55,337 nucleotides of DNA from Candidatus Woesearchaeota archaeon. Its GTDB lineage: Archaea > Nanobdellota > Nanobdellia > Woesearchaeales > GW2011-AR4. Below, in pieces: positions 1-9,346 of the stretch (positions are counted from its first letter, which is position 1; each line of letters starts with the position of its first letter). Below the pieces are notes generated by a model, which worked only from the letters and a program-made list of their open reading frames with translations, ran no database searches and was not told where the DNA came from. The stretch is from assembly GCA_016192985.1 (NCBI GenBank), contig JACPTC010000024.1, forward strand, positions 1-55,337. Reading direction: 5' to 3'. The translations under genes and the position numbers were made by a program.

Positions 1-191
1 ACCTTCTTGATAAAGACCGTGCCAAGCTTAGGCGTTGTTTTGACTATTATCCCTTTGCCTTCTTTCTTGTAGCGATAAAGCTGCAGAAATGAGCACAAGC
101 CGTCCTGGTCATCATCAAAGAAGAAGAGGGGCTTTTTGCAATTGTCGAGGTGCTCCCTTATTTGAAGTATTTGGTTATGGGACAGTGCCAT
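1..191 (-). CDS. partial CDS (N-terminal ~63 codons), possible DHH/RecJ-like phosphoesterase
   Basis: ATG at 189-191 on the minus strand. Hand translation: MALSHNQILQIREHLDNCKKPLFFFDDDQDGLCSFLQLYRYKKEG... The D-x-D-G type motif resembles DHH-family motif II. The ORF runs off the window edge. Confidence 0.35.
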   Translation of the reverse strand, partial: MALSHNQILQIREHLDNCKKPLFFFDDDQDGLCSFLQLYRYKKEGKGIIVKTTPKLGTVFIKK

Positions 192-246
192 AGTTAGCAA
201 GATTTTTATTAGTTATTTAAGGGTTTTTGTTTTGTAAATAAATAAA

Positions 247-2028
247 CTAGTCTCCTATTTTTGGATGATGTTGCTCCAAGAAATCTTTGAATAAACCTTT
301 TTTTCTTGATAATTCATTGAACTTGCCTTCTTGTACAATTTTGCCTTTGTCAAACACAAGTATCCTATCAGAATTCTTTAAAGTGGTTAATCTGTGTGCT
401 ACTATTATCATAATCTTATCTGAGAATATTTTTTCAATATTTTTTTGTATTATTATCTCATTTGTATTGTCCAATGATGATGTAGCTTCATCAAAAATCA
501 GTACATGTGGGGATTTTAAAATTAATCTGGCTAAGGCAATGCGCTGCTTTTGCCCGCCACTTAGATTGTTTCCATTCTCAGCAACCCATCCATTGATTCC
601 TCCAAGCTTATTCTGGATTTCATCATAGATATTTGCTTTCTTGGCGGCTTCAATTATTTCTTTCTCCTTGATTTTTCTAAAACAGCCATAGGAAATATTA
701 TCTTTTATTGTTCCGGCAAAAATATAAGTCTTTTGAGGAACGTAAGCAATTCTTTGAGATATCTCTTCTCTTGTCAAGTGCCTTAAATCCTTTCCAAAAA
801 GGAATATCTTTCCATCATAATTATGCACTAATCGCAGCAGAATTTTTATGAGTGTTGATTTTCCGCAGCCAGATGCTCCAGCAATGCCTATTTTCTCGCC
901 TGCTAATATTTTAAGGCTAATTTTGTCTAAAATTAAATCTTCATTTCCAAGGTATTTAAATGAAAGATTATGTACGTCTAAGATTGCTTTCGTTTCTTCG
1001 TTTATTTCAGCTTTTTCGGCATTAAACGATTCATCTAGCGGCTGTGTCGTCAATTCATGCAAATCCTCTACCTTGATAGAACTCTCATGTGCCTGATCTA
1101 AAATCCTATGAATCTCCCTTAGCGGGCTTATTACACTCATAAAAAGAATGGAATATGTTAGGATATCACCTTTTGTTATTACCCCATTAACAGAAAAATA
1201 AACAGAAATACTAATAACAAGAATATAAAAGATTGCTTCATTCAGATATTTTGCTGCATCATAAATTGCCATCCAAATATGGTGCCTTATCTCTATCTTT
1301 CTTAGGCATTCAGAAATATCTCCCACTTTCTTAACTTCAACATCAGTTGTGTTTTCTACCCTGATTGTTTCCAAGCCTCCCATCATTTCCACCACTTTTC
1401 CATCAATCTTTTCCTTTCCCCTCAGAAGAGAAACACGAATGCCCTTCTGTGAAGAAATTTGCTTGATTACAATAAACAAGCCGGCAGGTATCACAAGTAT
1501 CATAAATGAAGCCAGCAATGGCTTTTGATAAAAAGCAATGGCCAAAGCAGCTATAGCGGAAAAGAAGGTTGGGAATAAATCCAAGAAGCCAAGTTTGAGT
1601 AATCTAACCAATCCATCAATAGAGCGAAAAATCTTGCCATGCAATGCACCAATTTGGTACTTATTGATAAATTGGTTTATATCAGTTCTAAGCAGTCTGT
1701 CAATAATAGCCACAGTTTGTTTTTTCTCGGTCTGTGTCGCAACATTTTCTACTAGGTACTTCCTAACGACTGTTAAAGCCTCTTTGGAGAGAATTATAAT
1801 CACAATCCAAATCAGAAAGGGGATAGCTATGCTAAAAGTCGGGTTTTCTAAGCCGATAATTCTATCAACAAATCTTCCCAAAATCACCGCAGGCAGGTTC
1901 GTGAGAAAACCAGTAATAAGCATGATTATTGTTGCAAAAATTAAGCTTATTTTCTCATTTTTGTGCAACATTCGAGATACCATTCCAAACCCCAGAAGTA
2001 TCTCTTTAAATTCGTTAAAAATGCTCAT
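247..2028 (-). CDS. ABC transporter, fused permease/ATP-binding exporter (MsbA/MdlB-like)
   Basis: TM-rich N-terminal half. Walker A GASGCGKST, signature LSGGQKQR, Walker B LIFDEATSSLD. Start moved to the ATG at 2026-2028 (MSIFNEF...), because the upstream 107 codons of the tracked ORF overlap the divergent gene and look non-coding. Confidence 0.85.
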   Translation of the reverse strand: MSIFNEFKEILLGFGMVSRMLHKNEKISLIFATIIMLITGFLTNLPAVILGRFVDRIIGLENPTFSIAIPFLIWIVIIILSKEALTVVRKYLVENVATQTEKKQTVAIIDRLLRTDINQFINKYQIGALHGKIFRSIDGLVRLLKLGFLDLFPTFFSAIAALAIAFYQKPLLASFMILVIPAGLFIVIKQISSQKGIRVSLLRGKEKIDGKVVEMMGGLETIRVENTTDVEVKKVGDISECLRKIEIRHHIWMAIYDAAKYLNEAIFYILVISISVYFSVNGVITKGDILTYSILFMSVISPLREIHRILDQAHESSIKVEDLHELTTQPLDESFNAEKAEINEETKAILDVHNLSFKYLGNEDLILDKISLKILAGEKIGIAGASGCGKSTLIKILLRLVHNYDGKIFLFGKDLRHLTREEISQRIAYVPQKTYIFAGTIKDNISYGCFRKIKEKEIIEAAKKANIYDEIQNKLGGINGWVAENGNNLSGGQKQRIALARLILKSPHVLIFDEATSSLDNTNEIIIQKNIEKIFSDKIMIIVAHRLTTLKNSDRILVFDKGKIVQEGKFNELSRKKGLFKDFLEQHHPKIGD

Positions 2029-2139
2029 TTTGTTATAATGAAGAATTATATGGGATTTTATATATTTACCGAATTTAAACATTTGTTTACATCCGCATGA
2101 AAGAATAAGTTTATATTTGCCGTTTTCTTCTGAATTTCC

Positions 2140-3375
2140 ATGCAAATTCCATTCAGGCAGCACAAAGGATATGATCCTCTTGGAGATTGTGGAAAAGGCA
2201 AATGCCCGATTTGCGCAAGGAACAATGCTGTTTTTAGAGTTAAAAATTTCTTGAGTAAAGAGGAATTCACAAGCGACGGAGTAGCTCCATTTGTTGGAAG
2301 ATATGGCTATCCTTATGTTAATGTGGGTATTCTTGCCCCTCCTGAGCAAAGTGATGATTCATGGATTTATGATGCGCCAAAATATTGGTCTGCTGAAAAT
2401 TATGAAATTCCAAAAATTGTTGATTTTAGAAGTTCTTTGCTGAACTCAAGGTATAATATCAATATTAAAAAGAGGATAAAATTGCTGGGTTTATCGCAGG
2501 ATATTGCAATGTCCTCAAAGCCTGTTGATGTCGACATTCAATTAGCTGAAAAGCCAAAATTCCGCTTAAATCTTGATTCCCATATGGCTCCAACAGGCCC
2601 GAATGCCAAGCTGAAAAAAGCAACACTCACGGAAAACCCCAAAATACATACAAAAGTCTACAAGGTTTTTGATGATATTGACATGAAGGCAAATGACGCA
2701 GTCAACTATCTTTATGAAAACAATTTTGATGAAAACTTCCTGAGCAGGATATTGAGTGTTGGTACGCTAGGCTTGAAGGTTAATAGAAAACTTACACCGA
2801 CTAGATGGAGTATAGTTGCTGTCGATGATGTAATTGGAAAAAATTTGATTAATGAAATAAAAGACTACAGCGAGATTGATTCTTATTATTCATTCTTTGG
2901 AAACTATTTAGGCAATTATTATTTGATTTTAATGTTTCCAGAAGTGTGGAGTTATGAGTTATTTGAAACATACATTCCATCAAACTGGAATTTCAGCAGA
3001 GAGCTTAGGCGCAGCACTGATTTTGAGGATTATTTTGGAAGAAAAAGCTATGCCGAGATAACAGCAGGAGGGTATTATAGTACGCGCCTTGCGACTTTAG
3101 AGCATTTAGCAAAATTAAAACGACAAGCAAGTGTATTGGTGCTGCGATTCATAACAGATGAGTACACTATGCCCTTAGGTGTCTGGGTCACTCGTCAAAC
3201 TGCTAGGAAAGCATTTGAAAAAAATCCAATAGAATTCTCTTCAAAAGAACTAATGTTTGAATATGCAAGAAAATTAATCAAAAGAAAATTTAACTATAAC
3301 GTTGATTTTGTATTGAACAAAAGCAATTTACTGAAAAATATAAAACAGCAGACAAAGTTAGAAAGATTTATTTGA
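2140..3375 (+). CDS. NreA-like archaeal DNA repair protein (Nre family, tentative)
   Basis: N-terminal CGKGKCPIC followed by PFVGRYGYPYVNVGILAPP, as I recall for Nre_N. The C-terminus QTKLERFI fits a PCNA-interacting PIP box (Qxx[LIM]xx[FY][FYLI]). Confidence 0.55.
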   Translation: MQIPFRQHKGYDPLGDCGKGKCPICARNNAVFRVKNFLSKEEFTSDGVAPFVGRYGYPYVNVGILAPPEQSDDSWIYDAPKYWSAENYEIPKIVDFRSSLLNSRYNINIKKRIKLLGLSQDIAMSSKPVDVDIQLAEKPKFRLNLDSHMAPTGPNAKLKKATLTENPKIHTKVYKVFDDIDMKANDAVNYLYENNFDENFLSRILSVGTLGLKVNRKLTPTRWSIVAVDDVIGKNLINEIKDYSEIDSYYSFFGNYLGNYYLILMFPEVWSYELFETYIPSNWNFSRELRRSTDFEDYFGRKSYAEITAGGYYSTRLATLEHLAKLKRQASVLVLRFITDEYTMPLGVWVTRQTARKAFEKNPIEFSSKELMFEYARKLIKRKFNYNVDFVLNKSNLLKNIKQQTKLERFI

Positions 3376-4429
3376 TTTTCTCCGCAATCAAATTTCCCAT
3401 TTCTTTTGTCCCAACTTCCTTCATCCCTGTCTCAATTATGTCTTTGGTTCTATATCCATCTTCTAAAATTTTCTTGACAGCACCCTCTATTGATGAGGCA
3501 GGTTTCTCCATATTAAAAGAATACCTGAGCATTAATGCTGCACAAAGTATCTGCGCAATTGGATTTGCTATGCCTTTGCCGGCAATATCTGGAGCAGAGC
3601 CGCCTGCTGGCTCGTACAATCCAAAGCCGTTCTCATTAAGAGAAACTGAGGGCAGCATTCCAATGCTTCCCGTCAGCATCGCAGCTTCGTCGCTTAAAAT
3701 ATCTCCGAAAAGGTTAGTTGTTACAATAACATCAAAATCCATTGGCCTTTTTATTATCTGCATGGTTGCATTGTCTATATACATGCAATCCATCTTCACG
3801 TCCGGGTAGGTTTTTGAAACTTCTGTTACTGAATTTCTAAAAAATATGCTTGATGAAAGCACATTAGACTTGTCAACGCAAGTTACATGCTTTTTTCTTT
3901 TCATCGCTATTTCGAATGCTATTTTCGCGATTCTGCGGCATTGCTGTTTTGTGTATTTCATCTCATCAGATGCCCAATCCTCTTCCAGTATGCTGTTGCC
4001 AAAATATGCATCGCCGCTTAGCTCCCTTACTACCATTATATCAAAACCATTTAAAGAAATTCCCTTGATTGGAGATATATTCACAATCTGCGGATAAAGA
4101 ATCGCAGGGCGCAGGTTTGCATAAAATCCGAAATATTTTCTTAAAGCGAGAAGGGAGCTTCTCTCAATTTTCTTTTCTTTAGGCAGGTTATCCCATTTTG
4201 GGCCGCCGACAGAGCCAAACAATATAGCGTCTGAACTTTTGCAAACTTGCAATGTTTTGTCGGGAAGCGCTGTTCCGTGCTTATCATGCGCTGTGCCTCC
4301 AACATCAGCATACTCATAGTTAAAATCCAGGGAATGTTTTTTGGCAGTAGCATCCAGCACTTTTATTGCTTCGTGCATAACTTCTGGCCCTATTCCATCT
4401 CCAGGCAGCACGGCAATTTTTTTTCTCAT
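3368..4429 (-). CDS. leuB: 3-isopropylmalate dehydrogenase
   Basis: MRKKIAVLPGDGIGPEV..., NLFGDILSDEAAMLTGSIGMLPS, typical isocitrate/isopropylmalate dehydrogenase motifs. Sits in a leu cluster. Confidence 0.9.
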   Translation of the reverse strand: MRKKIAVLPGDGIGPEVMHEAIKVLDATAKKHSLDFNYEYADVGGTAHDKHGTALPDKTLQVCKSSDAILFGSVGGPKWDNLPKEKKIERSSLLALRKYFGFYANLRPAILYPQIVNISPIKGISLNGFDIMVVRELSGDAYFGNSILEEDWASDEMKYTKQQCRRIAKIAFEIAMKRKKHVTCVDKSNVLSSSIFFRNSVTEVSKTYPDVKMDCMYIDNATMQIIKRPMDFDVIVTTNLFGDILSDEAAMLTGSIGMLPSVSLNENGFGLYEPAGGSAPDIAGKGIANPIAQILCAALMLRYSFNMEKPASSIEGAVKKILEDGYRTKDIIETGMKEVGTKEMGNLIAEKIK

Positions 4430-4432
4430 AGT

Positions 4433-5041
4433 TTATTCAAAATTATTAAGATATGGCAACCGCGACATTGTTTTTTTGATTTCTTCCTTTGCTTCGAGCA
4501 ACAAAGAAGTCTGGTCCCACATCCCCTCCACCAAAGACTTTCTGATTGATTCATTTATCCCGAGTTTTAGTGTAGTTGCATCAAATCCTATCTTTCTATT
4601 TTTTATGTCTAGCTTGATGTTCTTATGCGAATTATTGTGAACAAAGCCCATTAGTTTCTCAACATCCTCCTTTGATGCTGTAACAGTTGGCAATCCTAGC
4701 ATTGAGCAGTTGCCTGCAAAAATGTCTGCAAAGCTCTCTCCTATAATTGCCTTGATGCCCCACCTCATCAATGACTGGGGGGCATGCTCTCTTGAAGAGC
4801 CGCAGCCGAAATTCTTATTAACAATTAATATTGACGCCCCTTCATATTTTTCATCATTAAATGGATGGATTTTCTTATTTCCATTCCCATCAAATCTTTC
4901 ATCATAAAAAGCATATTTGCCCATGTTGGCAAAAGTAACTTCTTTCATAAACCTTGCAGGGATAATCCTGTCTGTGTCTATGTCATTTCCCATGAGCACA
5001 ATTCCCCTACCAGTTACTTCCGTGATTTTTTGAAGCGGCAT
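4433..5041 (-). CDS. leuD: 3-isopropylmalate dehydratase small subunit
   Basis: Aconitase swivel-domain motifs (GNDIDTDRIIPARF, NFGCGSSREHAP). Adjacent to leuC and leuB. Confidence 0.9.
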   Translation of the reverse strand: MPLQKITEVTGRGIVLMGNDIDTDRIIPARFMKEVTFANMGKYAFYDERFDGNGNKKIHPFNDEKYEGASILIVNKNFGCGSSREHAPQSLMRWGIKAIIGESFADIFAGNCSMLGLPTVTASKEDVEKLMGFVHNNSHKNIKLDIKNRKIGFDATTLKLGINESIRKSLVEGMWDQTSLLLEAKEEIKKTMSRLPYLNNFE

Positions 5042-5057
5042 TTGATTAATTTTTATA

Positions 5058-6464
5058 TTACAAATAATCCCTTACATCGACAATCTTGCCGTTTATGGCA
5101 GCAACAACAACCATTGCAGGGCTCATAAGCAAGGTTCTTCCTTTTGGAGAGCCTTGCCTGCCTATAAAATTCCTGTTTGAAGATGATGCGCATATCTCGT
5201 TTCCTTCTAACTTGTCTTCATTCATTCCAAGGCACATTGAGCAGCCTGCATTTCTCCATTCAAACCCGGAATCCTCAAAGATACTGTCTAAGCCTTGCTG
5301 CTCTGCAGCTTTTTTAACTTGCTGCGAGCCCGGCACCACAATCGCCTTGACATTTTTGGCAACTTTTTTTCCCTCAACAACTCTTGCGCCTTCTTTCAAA
5401 TCAGAAAGTCTTGAGTTGGTGCACGAGCCAAGAAAAGCTACATCAATCCTTGTTCCTTTAATTTCCTGCCCCTGCGCAAATCCCATATGCTGCAATGCAA
5501 GCTTTGCATTTTCCTTTTCTTCAGGCGCCAGCTCGTCAACTTTGGGGATTTTACCGCTAATTGGAATTGCCTGGCCTGGGTTAATGCCCCATGTCACCAT
5601 AGGCTCAAGCTCTGATGCATTCATCTTGACAGTGTCATCATATTCAGAATTTTTATCGGATGTAATTGATTTCCAGTATTCAATGGCATTTTCAAACTTA
5701 TCACCATTTGGTGCGAATGCCTTGTTTTGTATGTAGTCAAAAGTTTTTTGGTCCGGGTTTGTATAGCCGCATTTTGCGCCGCCTTCAATTGACATATTGC
5801 ATATTGTCATCCTCTCTTCCATTGTCATTTCCTCAATTGATTGGCCGGCATATTCATAAGCATATCCAATTCCACCTTTCACACCCAGCTTTTTTATTAT
5901 TGCCAATATCACATCTTTTGCATAAACTCCTCTTGAAAGGCTGCCTTCAATGTCTATTTTCCTCACTTTAGGTTTGTCCAGTGCAAGGCATTGGGTTGCT
6001 AGAACATCTCTTACTTGGCTTGTTCCAATGCCCAAGGCTATGCAGCCAAATGCGCCATGAGTGCTTGTGTGCGAGTCACCGCAAGCAATTGTCATGCCTG
6101 GTTGTGTCAATCCAAGCTCAGGCCCGATGACATGGACAATTCCTTGGCTCATTGTTGATATGTCAAAAAGCCTTATTCCAAACTCCTTGGCATTTTTTTC
6201 AAGCTCAAACATCATCTGCTCAGCAAGAGTGTCTGTAAAGGGTCTTGACTGGGATTTTGTTGGAATTATGTGGTCAACAGTTGCAAATGTCCTTTCAGGG
6301 CAGGCAACCTTCAAGTTTCTTTCCCTCAGCATCTGGAATGCTTGTGGAGATGTCACTTCATGAATCAAGTGCAGCCCCACAAATAACTGAGTTTGCCCGT
6401 TAGGAAGCTCTCTTATTGAATGCAGGTCCCACACCTTATTGAACAAGTTTTTAGACATATTCAT
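5058..6464 (-). CDS. leuC: 3-isopropylmalate dehydratase large subunit
   Basis: Aconitase-family motifs ([31 protein letters not shown] Fe-S ligands). Confidence 0.9.
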   Translation of the reverse strand: MNMSKNLFNKVWDLHSIRELPNGQTQLFVGLHLIHEVTSPQAFQMLRERNLKVACPERTFATVDHIIPTKSQSRPFTDTLAEQMMFELEKNAKEFGIRLFDISTMSQGIVHVIGPELGLTQPGMTIACGDSHTSTHGAFGCIALGIGTSQVRDVLATQCLALDKPKVRKIDIEGSLSRGVYAKDVILAIIKKLGVKGGIGYAYEYAGQSIEEMTMEERMTICNMSIEGGAKCGYTNPDQKTFDYIQNKAFAPNGDKFENAIEYWKSITSDKNSEYDDTVKMNASELEPMVTWGINPGQAIPISGKIPKVDELAPEEKENAKLALQHMGFAQGQEIKGTRIDVAFLGSCTNSRLSDLKEGARVVEGKKVAKNVKAIVVPGSQQVKKAAEQQGLDSIFEDSGFEWRNAGCSMCLGMNEDKLEGNEICASSSNRNFIGRQGSPKGRTLLMSPAMVVVAAINGKIVDVRDYL

Positions 6465-7949
6465 CAGTTTTTTGCTTTTTCTTGAAAGTCAGCGCTTTAT
6501 TGGCGCCCTTGATAATTGCATTGACAGATGCCATTATCACATCAGGCTCAACTGCCTCGGAAATAAATACATTCTTCTTCTCATCTTCAAACTTTATTGA
6601 GACGCTTGCAAGCGCATTAGTGCCACCTGTAACCGCCCTTAGGTTGTATTCCTTAAGGTTGATAAACGGTCCCATGATTGATTTTATGGCATTAGAGGCT
6701 GCATCAACAGGCCCGACACCAGTCGCTGTGCCTAATTTTTTTTCTCCATTCACTATCAACCCAATTGTTGAGTTTGGCGTTATCCTGTTTCCCGTGATAA
6801 CAGTTAACTCATCGAGCTTTATTAAATCATCTTCTTTTTCCAATTCATGAACGACATCAAAGGCTAAAGCGATTATATCCTCTTTTTCAATCTCTTTCTG
6901 CTTGTCGGAAAGTTCCTTTACTTTTGCAGTAACCTTGTCAAGCTGGGCTTTGTCAAGATATATGCCTGCCTGCCCCAGCACCATGCTGACTGCATGCTTG
7001 CCTGAAAGCTTTCCAAAAACAATCTTATCCCCTATCCACCCAATGTCTTCCGGAACCATTATTTCATAAGTTTTTGCGTAAGAAATCACGCCATGCTGGT
7101 GTATGCCTGACTGGTGGGCAAATGCATTTCTGCCGACAATTGCTTTGTTCCTCTGTATGTCCATCTTGCTTAGCTTTGAAACAAGCTGGCTTGTATTGAA
7201 TATCTCCTTTGTGTTGGCATTTGTGTAAGCATTATAGTACTCTCTCCTTGTCTTTAAAGCCATTATCACTTCTTCCAAAGCTGTGTTGCCTGCTCTTTCG
7301 CCTATCCCATTGATTGTCCCTTCCACTTGTGTTGCGCCATTCATTATTGCTGCAAGGGAATTGGCAGTTGCAAGCCCGAGGTCATTATGGCAGTGGGCGC
7401 TCAAAACAATTCCTTGTAGGTTAGGCACATTCTCTAAGATATACCTAAATCTTGCTCCGAATTCATCCGGCTGAGCATACCCTACTGTATCAGGAATGTT
7501 GGTGGTTGTAGCTCCTGCAGCTACAGCTTCTTCTATAACATTGCACATGAAACCCATTTCTGTCCTAGAGGCGTCTTCTGGAGAAAATTCAATGTTATCA
7601 CAATAGGACTTTGCGTATTTGACCATGGTTCCAAATGTATTTGGGAGGTTGCAACAAACACATGTATTCTTGGCTTCTCGGCTTTTTTGACAGCGTTCCA
7701 TGCTGCATCTATGTCTTCCTTTGCTGTTCTCGCCAATGCGCAGATAACAGGAGCCTTTACTTCCTTGGATATTGATTCCACTGCCTCGAACGAGCCTTTA
7801 GACGCAATTGGAAATCCTGCTTCAATTATGTCGACATTGAGCTTCTCAAGCTGCTTTGCTATCATCAGCTTTTCATTTGGCGCGATGTTCGCGCCAGGGC
7901 TTTGCTCTCCATCCCTCAAGGTTGTATCAAAAATATAAATTTGTTTCAT
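6451..7949 (-). pseudogene. leuA: 2-isopropylmalate/(R)-citramalate synthase, disrupted by a frameshift with a short internal deletion
   Basis: The N-terminal ORF (7533-7949: [14 protein letters not shown]...[13 protein letters not shown]) and the C-terminal ORF (6451-7701: [23 protein letters not shown]...HCHNDLGLATANS...LeuA-dimer region) are in different frames. IHL ends at 7632 and MVKYAK starts at 7626. The ~15-17 residues normally between them are absent. Confidence 0.75.
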
Positions 7950-8219
7950 TTTGTTTCCATCTATAATTTTCGATTGGGTGTTCAGTATATTCTAGAATTT
8001 TGACCAAGCAATGAAAGCCCCCTGAATATACCAAAAATGGGGCTCATAACAGCAGTAGAATAAATAGAGTGAAAGCCAACAAGTACATGCTCAAGCTTTT
8101 ATTTCTAATAATATTGTGCATTCTAACTCGCTGTTATTGATAACTCTTATTTAAATGTTTTTGTTGGTGTTGATTGTTAATGTGTTATTGAATAGTATTT
8201 CGTGCTGAATTATTATTTT

Positions 8220-8225
8220 AAAAAA
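8220..8225 (-). terminator. oligo-T terminator after tRNA-Phe
   Basis: TTTTTT on the minus strand directly after the discriminator base. Archaeal terminators are T-runs. Confidence 0.4.
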
Positions 8226-8393
8226 TGGGGACGGAGGAATTTGAATCCTCGACATTCCGCATCAAAATATATTTTTGATTCCACGGTATCAAACATTCAT
8301 CGCCGATTTCTCAGCTCAGAATACCGCCTTCAGCCGTGTGCTCTATCCTGAACACAGGCAAGCCTGTTTTTACCCAGGCTGAGCTACGTCCCC
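8226..8393 (-). tRNA. tRNA-Phe: tRNA-Phe(GAA) with three putative introns (D-loop, canonical 37/38, variable region)
   Basis: - Acceptor GGGGACG (8393-8387) pairs with CGTCCCC plus discriminator A (8226).
- D-stem GCTC/GAGC.
- Anticodon stem CACGG/CCGTG with loop CU-GAA-G (anticodon 8331-8329).
- T-arm GAGGA-TTCAAAT-TCCTC.
- Gene length is 168 nt against ~74 nt expected mature length.
- TATA-like TATTTTAAAT lies ~30 nt upstream and a T6 run immediately downstream. Confidence 0.7.
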
Positions 8394-8585
8394 AATAAAA
8401 AGGACAGAACTAATAACAATTTAAAATAGTTTCGTTTCAAGTTAGTTTTTTCCTATAAAACCAACATCCAATAAATTCCTCTTGATTTACTTTCCATTTA
8501 ATTTTTCCATCTTTTCCGTAACCATTCATTTCCCAGAATTCAAGGACGCTGTTTTTGAAAAAATTATTCCTATAAGGATTATTTT

Positions 8586-9002
8586 TTATATCCCTTCATC
8601 ATCAGAATCTTCAACATCCTCTTCCTCAACATCCAGCTCTTCAAAACCCTCGCTTTTTTCTTCAGCTGGAATATTTGTCCTTATTTTAGAATCAGACTCA
8701 TTTTGAATGTCGGCTTTTCCTACAATCTCGAGCTTGCCCAACCTTCCAGTTGTCAGCTGCATTTCGCCTTGCCATTCGCTTACATAGCCGTTTGAGAGAT
8801 GAACTTTGTCGCCAGCTTTTATCTTTTCAATGTCATCATTCCACAATGTTAATTTAATGTCCCCGGTCTCATCTTTTGCGATTGCAGTAGCAACCTTGCC
8901 CGGTTTGCCAAATTTCTCGAATTCACGGGCAATTCCTACATCAACAACATCAACAACAATATCCACATTGCCATGCTTCGGCTTTAAGTCTTTTATCTGC
9001 AT
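8586..9002 (-). CDS. OB-fold single-stranded DNA-binding protein (SSB/RPA-like) with acidic C-terminal tail
   Basis: A single OB-like domain (GKVATAIAKDETGDIKLTLWND...GYVSEWQGEMQL) followed by the acidic tail EELDVEEEDVEDSDDEGI. The architecture matches short archaeal SSBs. Confidence 0.6.
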   Translation of the reverse strand: MQIKDLKPKHGNVDIVVDVVDVGIAREFEKFGKPGKVATAIAKDETGDIKLTLWNDDIEKIKAGDKVHLSNGYVSEWQGEMQLTTGRLGKLEIVGKADIQNESDSKIRTNIPAEEKSEGFEELDVEEEDVEDSDDEGI

Positions 9003-9346
9003 TTTATAGTTGATTTATTTAATTTATATATAAATCTATTGCATAAAAATCAAAAAAAGAAAAAGTAAATTTGAATATGCCAATTGCTTAGAATGGGTTA
9101 TTGCTGCTCTGTGGTTTGCTCTTTTTTCTTTTTTGCCATTAAACATCACCTCGCTTGCTTTAGGTATATTGCCGGCATAAGGAGTAACTTTTAGCGGTTT
9201 AAATGCATTGCGAAAAAGCTCGTAAAATCCATTTTTATTGTAATATTGAAAGAAAATAATTTGCGAGTAAAAATCCGAAATTCGTTTGCAATATGGAAAA
9301 TAATTTTCTTAGTAAATTTAAGGCGTCAATAATAAAACAAAAATTA

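Noticed and set aside
1538-2038. Numerous 60-216-aa ORFs antisense to long genes, e.g. 1538-2038, 3372-3809, 5086-5736, 11318-11827, 12273-12911, 48037-48420, 49441-49818 and 46481-46912.
   Set aside because: All lie wholly inside well-supported genes on the other strand, have low-complexity or hydrophobic shadow-like composition and no recognisable motifs.
2029-2349. N-terminal 107-codon extension of the ABC transporter ORF, and the 70-aa minus ORF at 2058-2270.
   Set aside because: The extension has no ABC-like sequence, overlaps the divergent NreA-like gene, and the recognisable transporter begins at the ATG at 2026-2028.
7533-7701. Reading the two leuA ORFs as a natural two-subunit split gene.
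   Set aside because: The fragments overlap out of frame, the break lies inside the catalytic TIM barrel with residues missing, and the second fragment has no plausible independent start or promoter.
7950-8225. Possible leader peptide or attenuator upstream of leuA (a 21-codon [24 protein letters not shown], on the minus strand).
   Set aside because: It has no run of Leu codons and no terminator/antiterminator hairpins that I could see. Attenuation of this type is not expected in archaea.
8482-8706. 74-aa plus-strand ORF with a poly-Ser tract (SSSESSTSSSSTSSSS).
   Set aside because: It is the antisense shadow of the acidic Asp/Glu tail of the SSB-like gene on the minus strand.
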